This document shows, piece after piece, positions 19,801-30,795 of a stretch of 64,000 nucleotides of DNA. Location: assembly GCA_002811645.1 (NCBI GenBank), contig PDIP01000077.1:97086-161085 (forward strand). The letters run 5' to 3'. The stretch comes from Corallochytrium limacisporum Hawaii. Its lineage: Eukaryota; Protista; Pluriformea. The first letter of the stretch is position 1. Every line of letters starts with the position of its first letter. The notes beneath the pieces were generated by a model. That model was not told the origin of the DNA, made no database searches, and was given only the letters and a program-made list of their open reading frames with translations. The translations under genes were made by a program, and so were the position numbers.

Positions 19801-21627
19801 AGCTACAGCATTGAGAATATTAGGGCAAATGGTGCTCTGAACGATGGAGATACCGTGACCGTGGGTCTCAACGTTGATGAAGCCTCCCTTGCAACTAATG
19901 GAATTGACCAACTGGTGGACACCACTCGCTCCCTTAGCGTGCAGAAAGCCGTGGACCTGACGCTCTTCTTGACGGTCAACGATTTCGACCCTGTGACTGA
20001 TGCGTCTACTCTCTACGTGACTGCTCGTGTCAGCAATGGTGCGACCGCCATCCAAAGTGGTGATATCACCCTGGATCTGGTTGTTCCTGATGTCCTTAGC
20101 GTCCTTAGTTCCGATCCATTCTGCAATGATGCATACACTGTTGGCTCCAGCGCCAACACGCTTGAAGATACCTGCACCATTACCGGTGGACTTGCTCCCG
20201 GTGCCTACAAAGATTTTATCTGGTCCTACCGTGTCGATTTCCCTGCAGATCTTGACCGTCTGAGTGAGGTGCAGATCGTGCATTCCACTATCACGTCTGC
20301 GGATCCTCAGGGTTCCTCCGTCGAGCTCCGTACCTCAGCCGATGACTTCGAGTTTGAGACCGGCGCTGACCTTGAGGTGATTCTGAGCTCTGTGCCCACA
20401 GCAAACGCTGCCAACAACGAACCGTTCAGTATGTCGGTGCGTATTGGTAACGCTGGCACTGAACCGTGCGCTGATGTCAGTGTTGTCGTCGACCTCGACT
20501 TCGATGAGGGAGCGGTCTACGATACGCTGGTTGACTTCAACGGAGTTGTGGACACCCTTGGAGGTGCTATCACCACCACTCCCACCACTGGCGGAGCTAC
20601 TCTCGACACCATTACCATCACCATCCCATCTCTGGGTGGTGAACAATACGTCGTGGTTGAATTCAAATTTGACATTAGTGTGAACTTTGCCGACGCTGCA
20701 GAACAGGTTGTACTGGTTGCTAGTGCAGATGCTAGCATGACCACCCCTGACACTGACAACTCGAACAACGATGACCTGTTCAGTGTCACTGTTACCGAAT
20801 CCAAGTCTGTCATTGGTCTGTCTATCTCCAATTCCTTTGGACCTGAGCTACAGACCGGTAACACGGGCAACTTTACCATTGTCATGTCGAACTACGGCAT
20901 TGCCGCTGCTAACGATCCCAGCTTTATGGTGGAGGTGCCCGGTGTTGACTTCCCAATTGACTTAGCCGAGCTCCCTGAGAACTGCGGTACGCCGGTACAG
21001 ACCGATGGGCCGACAAGCACTCGTGGTCTGCAAAATCTGATTGATGCTGGAACCTATGATCTGCTGTCCCAGAGCGGCGAGCGCAATGGTACCGATAGTG
21101 ATGACTCCATTTACTACTATCACTTCACGTGCACTCTTGACCCGATTCTTACTGGCAACTCCCGATCCACCCTGATCCGTCTTGGAACCGACTCTCAGCG
21201 TATTGCTCCAGACAATTCCACAGTTGAGATTACTTCGTTTGTCTGGGTAGAGGCCAATGACTCTCGTGATGTCGGTTGGTTCGACGAAACCGGTTGGTCA
21301 GCGTCGGCAGGCGACTATGCCACCCGCATTGCTACCTATCCTGGCCAGAGTGACATTGACAAAGCCTACGATGTCTCCATCCGCTTGAAGCAGGCTGTCA
21401 GCGGTGAGTTTGGCGAGGAGACACAGAGCAAGAACACCCCTTGGTGGGTCCTGTTCCTCATTATCTTTTCTTGTGTCGTCTTCCTCGGTCTGTGCACTTG
21501 GGGACTGAAGAGGGCTGGCTTCTTCAAACGCAAGGCACCCCCGAAGGCTGGTGGTGAGGGTGGTAATGCGGTCGGTCCTGAACCGGTCCAGATGCCTGAG
21601 CCGACTGCTGATGATGATGACTTCTAA
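16831..21627 (+). CDS. Integrin alpha subunit with an extended Ig-like leg and no alphaI domain
   Basis: Signal peptide from the ATG at 16831; FG-GAP repeats (FGYSV..LIVGAP, FGYTL..DVNGDGNDDIVVGSP, FGRAI..DLNGDGAEDLAIGAP, FGFSI..CAIGAP) with Ca2+-binding loops; about 7 beta-sandwich repeats; TM helix; KRAGFFKR motif; acidic C-terminus. Confidence 0.95.
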   Translation: MQYSTKQSITWTALFLLAGSAVDAQYLATNSLPTGTIPTGGDVNADSVTTLAGGSQGLNSATPGFGYSVELAQIWGSSAGSQDLIVGAPFETATVNTVDYQRGSVLWYGSNGDGTFASGVALSPNYTRKTCETCEEEHTRFGLNFAANTISGDTYGSVFYGSQYCPCTVIHSSSSGGVDASPDNDEHFVHENWSFAIGEVPVSGWRGEGFRHNHLYKEFSADNSVSSYELKAHGSTVYADPSRSFWIVGDPEASVDGLSYAGLVSIFNSVHWSTNFPTPIWTVSGTQSGADFGYTLCTADVNGDGNDDIVVGSPLYSSSSVRNAGRVDIYLAASSSSWSTTPDFTIVGNNSGDEFGRAIANLGDLNGDGAEDLAIGAPFAGAGVVQIYAGNDSGSGDVVSLWQSIEGLNDGDQFGFSISRGGSVDSGSSVDCAIGAPGVGSGAGSVYVLRNVAATSITLQANLQNPDGVDSKIVEEGTTLVARMVVQNDGVVDTGAFVVNVSVPRVSNGVWNAPTSTSGLCSLVAATNGASWSCSISNVAAGATLNMDFVYTFDATTRYSPAVSFAIELDATTDVILGSTDDSLTVTLQQSATLQYTGTPTPVIYNDNDDSETDITIGELLILKDVRNILNLGISTAFDVKFDIALPGGLTFREVRGTGSGPKPLCSGLTSVTCSLTSQLAKDQTYSAHSDYELVFSTTQVTSPTLQLDIRAFSSGTGSITESTNTINVAVSSSELSVAETVVVSNNHQAGVCSGNELVAGSTFSMSFIVANIGNGDAANPVFSLDLNRANAALPLPFSLVNGAMPRVRLSDGTTVNCSQPDAVGEPWEFDCDLNGYTITAATSITIMVDGYTADDATVGNQLTFSLSIDALAGDGSDGDKIRTDADSNINGNGVTNVVTCKYSRILASLSNSPGSLKFDQPFSQTYRLYNRGPSTVDAGIDTYTFDVDSTVTMEAQTDSEDNFDTSVCSFVNAQQVSCNLPAMEVNEGISYSIENIRANGALNDGDTVTVGLNVDEASLATNGIDQLVDTTRSLSVQKAVDLTLFLTVNDFDPVTDASTLYVTARVSNGATAIQSGDITLDLVVPDVLSVLSSDPFCNDAYTVGSSANTLEDTCTITGGLAPGAYKDFIWSYRVDFPADLDRLSEVQIVHSTITSADPQGSSVELRTSADDFEFETGADLEVILSSVPTANAANNEPFSMSVRIGNAGTEPCADVSVVVDLDFDEGAVYDTLVDFNGVVDTLGGAITTTPTTGGATLDTITITIPSLGGEQYVVVEFKFDISVNFADAAEQVVLVASADASMTTPDTDNSNNDDLFSVTVTESKSVIGLSISNSFGPELQTGNTGNFTIVMSNYGIAAANDPSFMVEVPGVDFPIDLAELPENCGTPVQTDGPTSTRGLQNLIDAGTYDLLSQSGERNGTDSDDSIYYYHFTCTLDPILTGNSRSTLIRLGTDSQRIAPDNSTVEITSFVWVEANDSRDVGWFDETGWSASAGDYATRIATYPGQSDIDKAYDVSIRLKQAVSGEFGEETQSKNTPWWVLFLIIFSCVVFLGLCTWGLKRAGFFKRKAPPKAGGEGGNAVGPEPVQMPEPTADDDDF

Positions 21628-21740
21628 GTTACGTAATTTGCATGCCAGCCAGAAAGAATAGCGTCACACAACATATTCGATTGGTCTTTTATCATTAAAG
21701 AAATAAAGGAAATCATTTATATACGATACGATGGATTCAT

Positions 21741-22574
21741 TCACATCTTGGACTTGCTATTGAACCGGCTGATGCCCTCCATGAAGTGGGGCTGTGCCGC
21801 CAGATTCTCCTGAGTACGTGCCTCGAAATTCAGCTGCATTTCAAATTCATTGCGGTACGCGGAATCAACGAGTTCGCGAATGGTAGGAGTCGCAGTTGTG
21901 ACACCCTTGGCGAGCTTGTCCGCAAGCTCGCGTGCGTAACTGTCAAGACGATTGGACGGTAGACACTTGTAGGCAAAGCCATACTTCTCCGCCTCCGCAC
22001 CAGTAATGGGCTCACCAGTAATGATGTGACCCCAGGCCTTAGCACGGCCCATGCTACGCATCAGACCCCAGGTAGAACCCATGTCGGGAGCAATACCGAG
22101 ATTTTGCATAAAGACTAGCACAAAGCGGGCGTTCTCGCTCACGAGCAGGATATCCATGGAACCGGCAATGCCACAGCCACCGCCGGCACACATGCCATCG
22201 ATGACGCCGATGGTGGTCTTCTTGCAGCGGTAGATTTCACCAGAGCAACGGTTGTGGTGGGCATACATATTGTCTGCACAAACATGGCCAGTGTGACCGA
22301 CCTCCAGCGGCAGTTGAGTAGGGTCCGAGGCGTCACCGATGGTGAACCCTCCCTTCAGATCAGCTCCGGAGCAGAAACCACGGCCCTGGTGGGTGAACAA
22401 GATCACCTTTACACGGTCATCATTCTCCATACGACGCAATGCCGTGCGCATCTGCGTCATGAGCTGCACACTCAGAGCATTGAGAGTCTTTGGTTGGTTA
22501 AGGCTGATTTCTCCAACTCCATTGTCGTGGATTGTAGCAATGACCGCTGTGTAATCGGGATATACCTCAGGCAT
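21741..22574 (-). CDS. Enoyl-CoA hydratase/isomerase (crotonase family, PaaG-like) with PTS1 signal
   Basis: Motifs ISLNQPKTLNALS, GFCSGADL, IDGMCAGGGCGIA and LGIAPDMGSTW. C-terminal -SKM tripeptide. Confidence 0.92.
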   Translation of the reverse strand: MPEVYPDYTAVIATIHDNGVGEISLNQPKTLNALSVQLMTQMRTALRRMENDDRVKVILFTHQGRGFCSGADLKGGFTIGDASDPTQLPLEVGHTGHVCADNMYAHHNRCSGEIYRCKKTTIGVIDGMCAGGGCGIAGSMDILLVSENARFVLVFMQNLGIAPDMGSTWGLMRSMGRAKAWGHIITGEPITGAEAEKYGFAYKCLPSNRLDSYARELADKLAKGVTTATPTIRELVDSAYRNEFEMQLNFEARTQENLAAQPHFMEGISRFNSKSKM

Positions 22575-24084
22575 CTTTGCGTGGATTGAATGCTAATCTG
22601 TTCCAAAATTTTGAGTTTACGGCTCCTGGTGAGTCCCGAAATGGAGAAGCTACGCCCGGAAACTCGTGCCCTTTAGTACCAGTGCTGGCCTTCCACACGT
22701 CGAAACCACATCACCATGTCAAGCAAAAGGCCTGGACGCATGCTTGTTGGTATTTCATAAATCAACCATCTCCTGATGGCCAGCACCACAACCTGCCCTG
22801 GCTTACTGAACATGAGAGCGATCGGTCGACCTGTGAGTTTGCTCTCTGGTCGTGCGCGAGAACTGTGTAGGAAAGTTCGGGAGATCAAAGAAGGTTCAAG
22901 GGCGTGTGCCCAGCGCTCGAGTGACCATCCGCTGGTGAACTAAAAATAAACCATTGGATTGGCTATAGTAAATATGCGGTAATTCTGTAGCCTTCCAATC
23001 CACTTCTGCTTATTTTAGCCTTGCACATCCCCACCGGGCCTTCCCGCTTCCTGCGGTACCTGGAGGAAGGGGTGAAAAGGCCGAATAAAATGGAGGATAG
23101 TGACGCAACTTGAGCACTTCGTTCGCTCTCGCCAGTCGCACTCTCTCCCCCTGCGCGGTCCCCCGGTGTCCATTTTCTTTTTGTGGTCTCTCTCGGCGCA
23201 TTCTTTAGGTGTAAGTCCCTCGTCCATCTTCTCCTGTGACCTGTGCTCCTGGGGCCTGGCTGACGGTCGGGGGCCCTTTTCCAAGCCTGAGGAAGGCAAA
23301 TTAATGAAGGCTATCATGGAGACAAGGAAAATAGACTCCGAATACCGTATGCCGCTAGCAATCGAGGAGAGGCGCCCCCCCCTTGCAACCGCGCCCCAAG
23401 GGGGGGGGGGGAGAAGGGTGGGAATCCTGAACGGAGTNNNNNNNNNNNNNCCCCCCCCTTGCAACCCCGCCCCAAGGGGGGGGGGGGGAGAAGGGTGGGA
23501 ATCCTGAACGGAGTACTCGGGTACGCTGTTGTTCAGTACTGAATGTTTGGGGTAGGAGGGGGGGGGGCGATCAAGCGAATGCGGACTCCGTTATACCGTT
23601 TGTACCGCTCGATTTTCCCATTCAGATTTGCGTTCCTATATACCTAGGTATATCGCTATGGAAATAATACGGAGACTAAGAAATCCTATGAAAGACATAG
23701 CAAAGTGGCAAGGATATTGATATACTTGTTTGTTGAAATCATCTCTGTGGACGTTTGCTATTCGCGTGGCCCATTGTTTTTGCGCAGTGTTACTGGTTCG
23801 CCACTGGCTGGCGCTTGGGGGGACCGAACAGGGACGGACGGGGGGCTCCGGGTCTATCCGGTCAAATCGGGTAAACAGTGGGTATATCCGTATTTTCCCG
23901 GGGTGCTGGCGCCATTGAATTGCAGTCTATTGGTTTGCTCGTTTTGTTTCCATGATCGTGATGCTTAGGTATTGTCGACAAAGACTGTATTTACGAGCAC
24001 GGGGTTGGTATGTCAGGACAGATGCAATATGCTGAGTATCGAATAGACGGTAGTTTGCAGGAAAGTCGTCAGCGACGAGACTAC

Positions 24085-26247
24085 ATGGCACTGAGAATTC
24101 TTGCCCGGTCTCTGATTTCTGTCAATCCAATTGGACTATCATACCATAGTCGCATTGTTAGCTCTTTTGCTGTGCGAAACTTTCACTTACGAAACAACAT
24201 GGCACCTTCTGTCACCCCCGCGGCGTCCCTCAGCCAGTTCAAGCTGAGCTGGCCGAAGACTCCCGAAGAGGTGGATGACCGTACTGAAAAGCTGATGAAG
24301 GAAGTACGTGCAGTGTATGATCAGGTTGCTGAAGTGAGCAAGGAGCCAGAGCGTGCGGACTGGGACAATACCATGGGATTGCTGGCCTCTGTGTACCGGA
24401 GGTGGTCCACTGGTTCCAGCTCTCTAGAATTCCCCGCGCATGTGAGCACCGATGCCAAACTGCGCGAGGCATCCAATGAATCAGACAAAAAGATGAGTGC
24501 CTTTGCTGTGGAAATGAGCATGCGTAGGGATGTTTACCAGGCACTTAAGGCTTATAAGGATCGCCTCGACGCGAACGACCCCAATGTGACCAAGCCCGCT
24601 GATCCGGAAAGTGAGCGTTTGTTGGCTAAGACAATGAAGGACATGGAACGCAATGGTCTGCACCTGGATGAGGAGACGAGTAGGAAGGTTCAGGAAATCA
24701 AGCAGAAGATGAGTCAGATGAGTATCACTTTCTCCAACAACCTGAACGAGGAGAACACCAAACTGGACTTTAGTATTGAGGAGCTCAAGGGCTGCCATGA
24801 CGATTTCCTCACAAGCCTGCAGAAGAACGATGACGGGCGGTTGGTGGTGACCTTGAAATACCCTCACTACTTCCCTATCATGAAGAGCTGCTCAGTTGCT
24901 TCTACCCGACAGAAAATAGAGCAGCACTTCAATAGCCGTTGCAAAGGACCCAACACGGAAATTTTGGAAACGTTGGTGAAGCTCCGCCATGAAGTGGCCA
25001 ATTTGCTTGGATACGAAACGCACGCGGCGTACATCATTGCGGATCGCATGGCCAAGTCCCCAGAAGCAGTGAGCAACTTTCTTCAGGACCTCAATCAGAA
25101 GCTAGCCGTTCGCGGCCAGGAAGAACTTGACGACCTGAAGCAGCTCAAGTCCAAGGAATGCGAAGCCACAGGTACCTCGTACGACGGCGTGATCAACGCT
25201 TGGGACTTCCGGTACTATATGACCATGCTTATGAAGGAACGCTACGATATCGACCACAATGCTATCCAGCAATACTTCCCTCTGCAGCATGTCACCGACG
25301 AGATGCTGAAGATCTACCAGGAACTGTTGTCCCTGGAATTCCACAAGGTGGAGAATCCAGGTGAGGTTGCCTACAACCCCGAGGTTCCCGTTTTCGCGGT
25401 GTACGACTCTGCCAGTGGTGATTTTATGGGCCACTTCTACTTGGACTTGCATCCTCGTGAGGGCAAGTACGGTCATGCCGCATGCTTTGGACTACAACCT
25501 GGTTGTGAGATTGAGGGCGACGGTGGCCGCCAGAGCTCCGTAGCCGGAATGGTTGCCAATTTCACCAAGCCCACAGAGGGAAAGCCTTCGCTGCTAACCC
25601 ACGATGAGGTCGTGACTTACTTCCATGAGTTTGGCCATGTCATGCATCAGATCTGCAGCAAGGCTAAGTATGCCAAGTTTGCTGGTACCTCCGTGGAGCG
25701 TGACTTCGTTGAATTACCGTCACAGATGCTCGAAAACTGGTGCTGGGAGTCCGATGCTCTGCAGCGCATGAGCTCTCACTGGGAGAGTAAGGAACCTCTG
25801 CCTAATGATACTATCAGCAAGTTGATCAAGGCAAAGAATGCAAATGCTGCTCTGCTCACAAAGCGTCAGATCGTTCTGGCCACTTTCGACCAGACGATCC
25901 ACCGCAAACCGGAGGCTGAGACTGCGGCAATCTTGGCTCAACTGAATCTGGATATCCTCGGTGTCCCCATGACACCCGACACCAACATGGCTGCCAGTTT
26001 CGGCCATCTTGCAGGGGGCTACGATGCCCAATACTACGGTTACCTGTGGTCCGAAGTCTTTGCTGACGACGTGTATTTCACTTGCTTCAAGACTAAGGGC
26101 ATCTTTAACAAGGACCAGGGTATGGGCTATCGTACCGAAATTCTGAGTCGCGGTGGATCTCGCGATGGCATGGATATGCTGCGCACGTTCCTGGGCCGCG
26201 ATCCAAACAACGAAGCCTTCCTCCGCAGTAAGGGTTTGATCGACTGA
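24085..26247 (+). CDS. M3A metallo-oligopeptidase (thimet oligopeptidase/neurolysin/saccharolysin-like)
   Basis: Zinc motif YFHEFGHVMH plus FYLDLHPREGKYGHAA, DFVELPSQMLENW and FGHLAGGYDAQYYGYLWSE. Start is uncertain: in-frame ATGs include 24010, 24085 and 24199. Confidence 0.95.
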   Translation: MALRILARSLISVNPIGLSYHSRIVSSFAVRNFHLRNNMAPSVTPAASLSQFKLSWPKTPEEVDDRTEKLMKEVRAVYDQVAEVSKEPERADWDNTMGLLASVYRRWSTGSSSLEFPAHVSTDAKLREASNESDKKMSAFAVEMSMRRDVYQALKAYKDRLDANDPNVTKPADPESERLLAKTMKDMERNGLHLDEETSRKVQEIKQKMSQMSITFSNNLNEENTKLDFSIEELKGCHDDFLTSLQKNDDGRLVVTLKYPHYFPIMKSCSVASTRQKIEQHFNSRCKGPNTEILETLVKLRHEVANLLGYETHAAYIIADRMAKSPEAVSNFLQDLNQKLAVRGQEELDDLKQLKSKECEATGTSYDGVINAWDFRYYMTMLMKERYDIDHNAIQQYFPLQHVTDEMLKIYQELLSLEFHKVENPGEVAYNPEVPVFAVYDSASGDFMGHFYLDLHPREGKYGHAACFGLQPGCEIEGDGGRQSSVAGMVANFTKPTEGKPSLLTHDEVVTYFHEFGHVMHQICSKAKYAKFAGTSVERDFVELPSQMLENWCWESDALQRMSSHWESKEPLPNDTISKLIKAKNANAALLTKRQIVLATFDQTIHRKPEAETAAILAQLNLDILGVPMTPDTNMAASFGHLAGGYDAQYYGYLWSEVFADDVYFTCFKTKGIFNKDQGMGYRTEILSRGGSRDGMDMLRTFLGRDPNNEAFLRSKGLID

Positions 26248-26322
26248 ATAGACACTTATAGATATGCGTTCTAGTGTGTTATTAAAGGCAAGGTTGGTTT
26301 GAGTTGACTAAGAGGAATCTAT

Positions 26323-27150
<828 letters not shown>

Positions 27151-27470
27151 TTACGGGAGTAAATACCTTTCAATCCTAACACGTATACCCCTTCTTTCTC
27201 AAGGGAATCCACCGACATAGGTCGTATTAGCCATGCTTTCAGATGATCAATCCACAAATGTCCGACGCACAAAAGAGAACAACAGTACTCGTGGACAGTA
27301 ATCCGACACAAAGAATTTGACCTTGTTTTCGTAAGTTACGCTTATGAATAGCGAAGGCAATCCCCATGCTATGTGATTTTCCTGCTGTCCGATCCCTAAC
27401 TCGTTATACTCGTGAATCCGACATGTTAGCACAACATTCATTGGCGAACAAAGCTGCACCGGACCGAATA

Positions 27471-28001
27471 TTGGGTTGGGCTGTATGTTGAGAGAAACTC
27501 ATTAACAGGCCATTTGTTGTTCACATGTTCGAGGACCACAGGACCAACACCCACATACATACACGCACACACAAACGCAACCCCAGGATAAAACAACACG
27601 GAAAATGATCCAGCCAGAAAGCGGCACGGCAGGGATGGGCCCTCGCTAGGGAAATCCCTTTACCACCACGAGAAATTTCCAAAACATTTGCAACTTCTTG
27701 GCCCCCACCCCACCCCCCAAGCCTCGTTGATTTTACACCGGTGTTGGATATGTCGTCTCTTCGCCCTGGTCCCCTCCCCCCCCCNNNNNNNNNNNNNNNN
27801 NNNNNNNNNNNNNNNNNNNNNNNNNNNNNNNNNNNNNNNNNNNNNNNNNNNNNNNNNNNNNNNNNNNNNNNNNNNNNNNNNNNNNNNNNNNNNNNNNNNN
27901 NNNNNNNNNNNNNNNNNNNNNNNNNNNNNNNNNNNNNNNNNNNNNNNNNNNNNNNNNNNNNNCCTGTTAATGAGTTTCTCTCAACATACAGCCCAACCCA
28001 A
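27471..28001. repeat. 39-bp perfect inverted repeat (arms 27471-27509 and 27963-28001)
   Basis: ttgggttgggctgtatgttgagagaaactcattaacagg and its exact reverse complement, which begins immediately after gap 27785-27962. Confidence 0.85.
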
Positions 28002-29238
28002 ACACACACACTGAGCCGCGGGGCAAAACAGGCGGAAAGAGGAGATTGCTCTGCGGCACATGCGTGCGCACTGAACGGAACGGTGCGGCAAAGCAAGGCC
28101 AGCCAGCTCGGGGCCTTATGCTCTGGGATTGGTGGCACTCTGGCGACCGTGATGAAACCGGCCGGAGGGGCGGGTTGACGATGAAGAAGGAGGACGACAA
28201 CGATTGAGCGGTAAAGACGACACCCAACGACGAGAGGATGATCATCGACACACACAATGATGCTCAGACATTCCGATCACACACAGCGGCAGGAACATCA
28301 AGAGGCCCATCTCGACGAGACTTTGCGCATATTCAAATCGGAAGCGGACAACATTTTGTGCGATGTAATTTGCTACAGATTCGATCGTGGTTGACCGGCG
28401 TGTTGTCTGGATGCTCGTGTCCCGCCATTGAGTATGACAAAAAACCCTACGGTTTGGCCGGGGTGACGGCGAAGGTTGTCTGGTTTTGTTTACCTTTTTA
28501 AAATAGGACCCTGTCCAGCTGCCGCGCGGTGCATTCAATGTACGGGGAAGGGCCAGCTGCTGGGACGGCGGTATGCGAAATCCGTATGGGGCAGGAAGTG
28601 GGCCAGTATACATTATGACCGGGGTGAGAATCTCACGGAGCGGAAACGGTGTGAGGGAAGGAGTGACGTAGAGTCAATCCATATAGATATATTATAAGGT
28701 GTACAGTTATTTTGAGGACACCCCCCCCCCCTTCCTTTTTTTTTGGTGGGGTGGCAAGTCCAGGAGGAGAAACTTTTTTCAGGTTCCCCCCCTCGCTCTC
28801 CCCCTCTGTCCTTCGGCCATCCACTTCTCTCCCCGTGCCTTGTGGTTCTCGACGAGGACCCTCGAGAAATATGCCTGTGCCATAGTGAATGTATGGGAGT
28901 AACCGGATCCATTTGTAGTCCTGGCACAAACGTGGTCTAGATATGTGTTGTGAAGAATTCGATTGGTGGTGCTTTTGACTGAGCGACCCAATTGTATTCT
29001 CAGTAGTGTACATATCGAACGAGAAAAAACTTGTAACTCTCTGCCCGGGAGCTGTTACTCGGGAATGGTTTAGATGAATGTCAGTGTGAGTTTAATGATT
29101 GAGAGTTGAGTGCTGTCGTTGGTGTCATGGTTATGTTTACGTTGTGTTTCAGTGTCGTTGACAAACAACTTTATATCATGCTGATATGATGCACAGTGCA
29201 TGCGCTCAAGAAAATCTAAAGGAACAATGAAGTCACGC

Positions 29239-29913
29239 TTACGAACTTCCGTTAGCCTTGGCCTTCTTTGTTCCGGTTTTCCGTGGTGCACCAGCCTTTC
29301 CTTTACGAATTGATGCCAAGTCCTCCAGAATTTCTGCCTCCTTCAAACCGTAGACAATAAGAGGTCCCGTAATGCTCTGATTTTTCTTCTTCTTCTTTTC
29401 GGGGTTTTCAGCGTCCTTATTCCGACCGGACCGTCGCTTGTTACCCTTGCCGGTGTCGTCACTTATTGAGCTGATGTCCATAACAGTCTTTTCCTCCTCA
29501 AGCTTCTGTCGTTTTTCTTGCAAAATCTTTAGCAGAGTATGGTAGTGTTCCTGCTTTGATTCTTGGAAACTACTCTCTGCTTCTCGCTTGTCGAAGAGGT
29601 ATTGAGCATTAATATTTTCGATTTGATACCTACGGTAAAGTTCCGCAGCTTTGATTCGTTCTGTCCGCTTCTGATCGAGGACCTGAATGTAGTATAGGAG
29701 GTCAAGGTGCATACCATTCTTCAGTTGGTCCATTTCTTCTTCCAGTTCTACCAATTTCTCTTTATACAGACGATCCTTTAGCGCCGAAAATTCTTCTTCA
29801 ATGGCTTGCATTGACTCCATGGTTTCGCGCCACTTGCGCTCACCGCCTTGCCCCTCGTCCATTTCGTCATAGTCGTCACCGACAACTGACCGGTCTTCAG
29901 GAGACGCACTCAT
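29239..29913 (-). CDS. Sds3-like (SUDS3/BRMS1 family) Sin3-HDAC complex subunit
   Basis: Coiled-coil segment IEEEFSALKDRLYKEKL..LKNGMH, C-terminal GPLIVYGLKEAEILEDL, and basic NLS-like runs. Confidence 0.85.
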   Translation of the reverse strand: MSASPEDRSVVGDDYDEMDEGQGGERKWRETMESMQAIEEEFSALKDRLYKEKLVELEEEMDQLKNGMHLDLLYYIQVLDQKRTERIKAAELYRRYQIENINAQYLFDKREAESSFQESKQEHYHTLLKILQEKRQKLEEEKTVMDISSISDDTGKGNKRRSGRNKDAENPEKKKKKNQSITGPLIVYGLKEAEILEDLASIRKGKAGAPRKTGTKKAKANGSS

Positions 29914-30795
29914 CTTTGTTCAATGACCACAATGTAATGTTTCTGTATCTTTCTGTTACGATGTCTCTTTTCCTTGGTCGCTCTCATGCATTAATTTTGA
30001 GTTTACATGAATATCTTGAGATTCAGCCATGTTTCAAATAACTGTTGTTTCTCACAACTGAAAGTGGGTAGAAATAATTACAAGTGGAAGCCTTATGTTT
30101 CTATTGCAACCGAAAGTTCTTGCTCATGGCCAGGTTTGTGTAGAATAAATGCAGAACGTTAAACCCAACTACGAGTGGTTCTTGTGAAACGAATTTAACT
30201 GCCTAGAGCTGCGCGATTGGAAACACTTTTCTCAAAGCCTGGGCCCCTTCCTGGGGCACCTCCACCCTGTGCTCCCGCCCAATGTTTTTCAGTCACATTC
30301 CCTGTTCCGGTACTGAATGTACCAAGGGTCCTAAAATATGTGCAAGTGGCATAATCAGCGACAGCCTTTAACCAGATACACAGGGGCCCATCCCCACCCC
30401 TTTTATCTCGACTGCCTACTACTGAGCCCGCGCCTTTCTTCCGGTACATTTTGTAGTGACCCAAACGGCGGCTTTGCTGCTCAGTAGTTGAAACCGCCGT
30501 GCCATGTGATTTCCCGTCCTCCTAGTGCTGACCCTGCGTACCTCGGTTAGAGCTTTTGTACCAGCCTCTGTGGGACCCGAAGCCACTAAGAACGAGGTGG
30601 AGTCCGTGACGATATGGTTGCACAGGGGACCGCTTCGGACGAAAGTTTCTAAGCAGAATGTGAGTCTGCATACAGGGATTAAAGGGAAAACATGATGAAC
30701 TGTGGGTATTTGAAAGTCGGCTTTTTAACATGTTATCATGGTGGCTTGTCGAATGTAGATCACACTTTATGTACAATCTCAGCTAAACTGCAACG

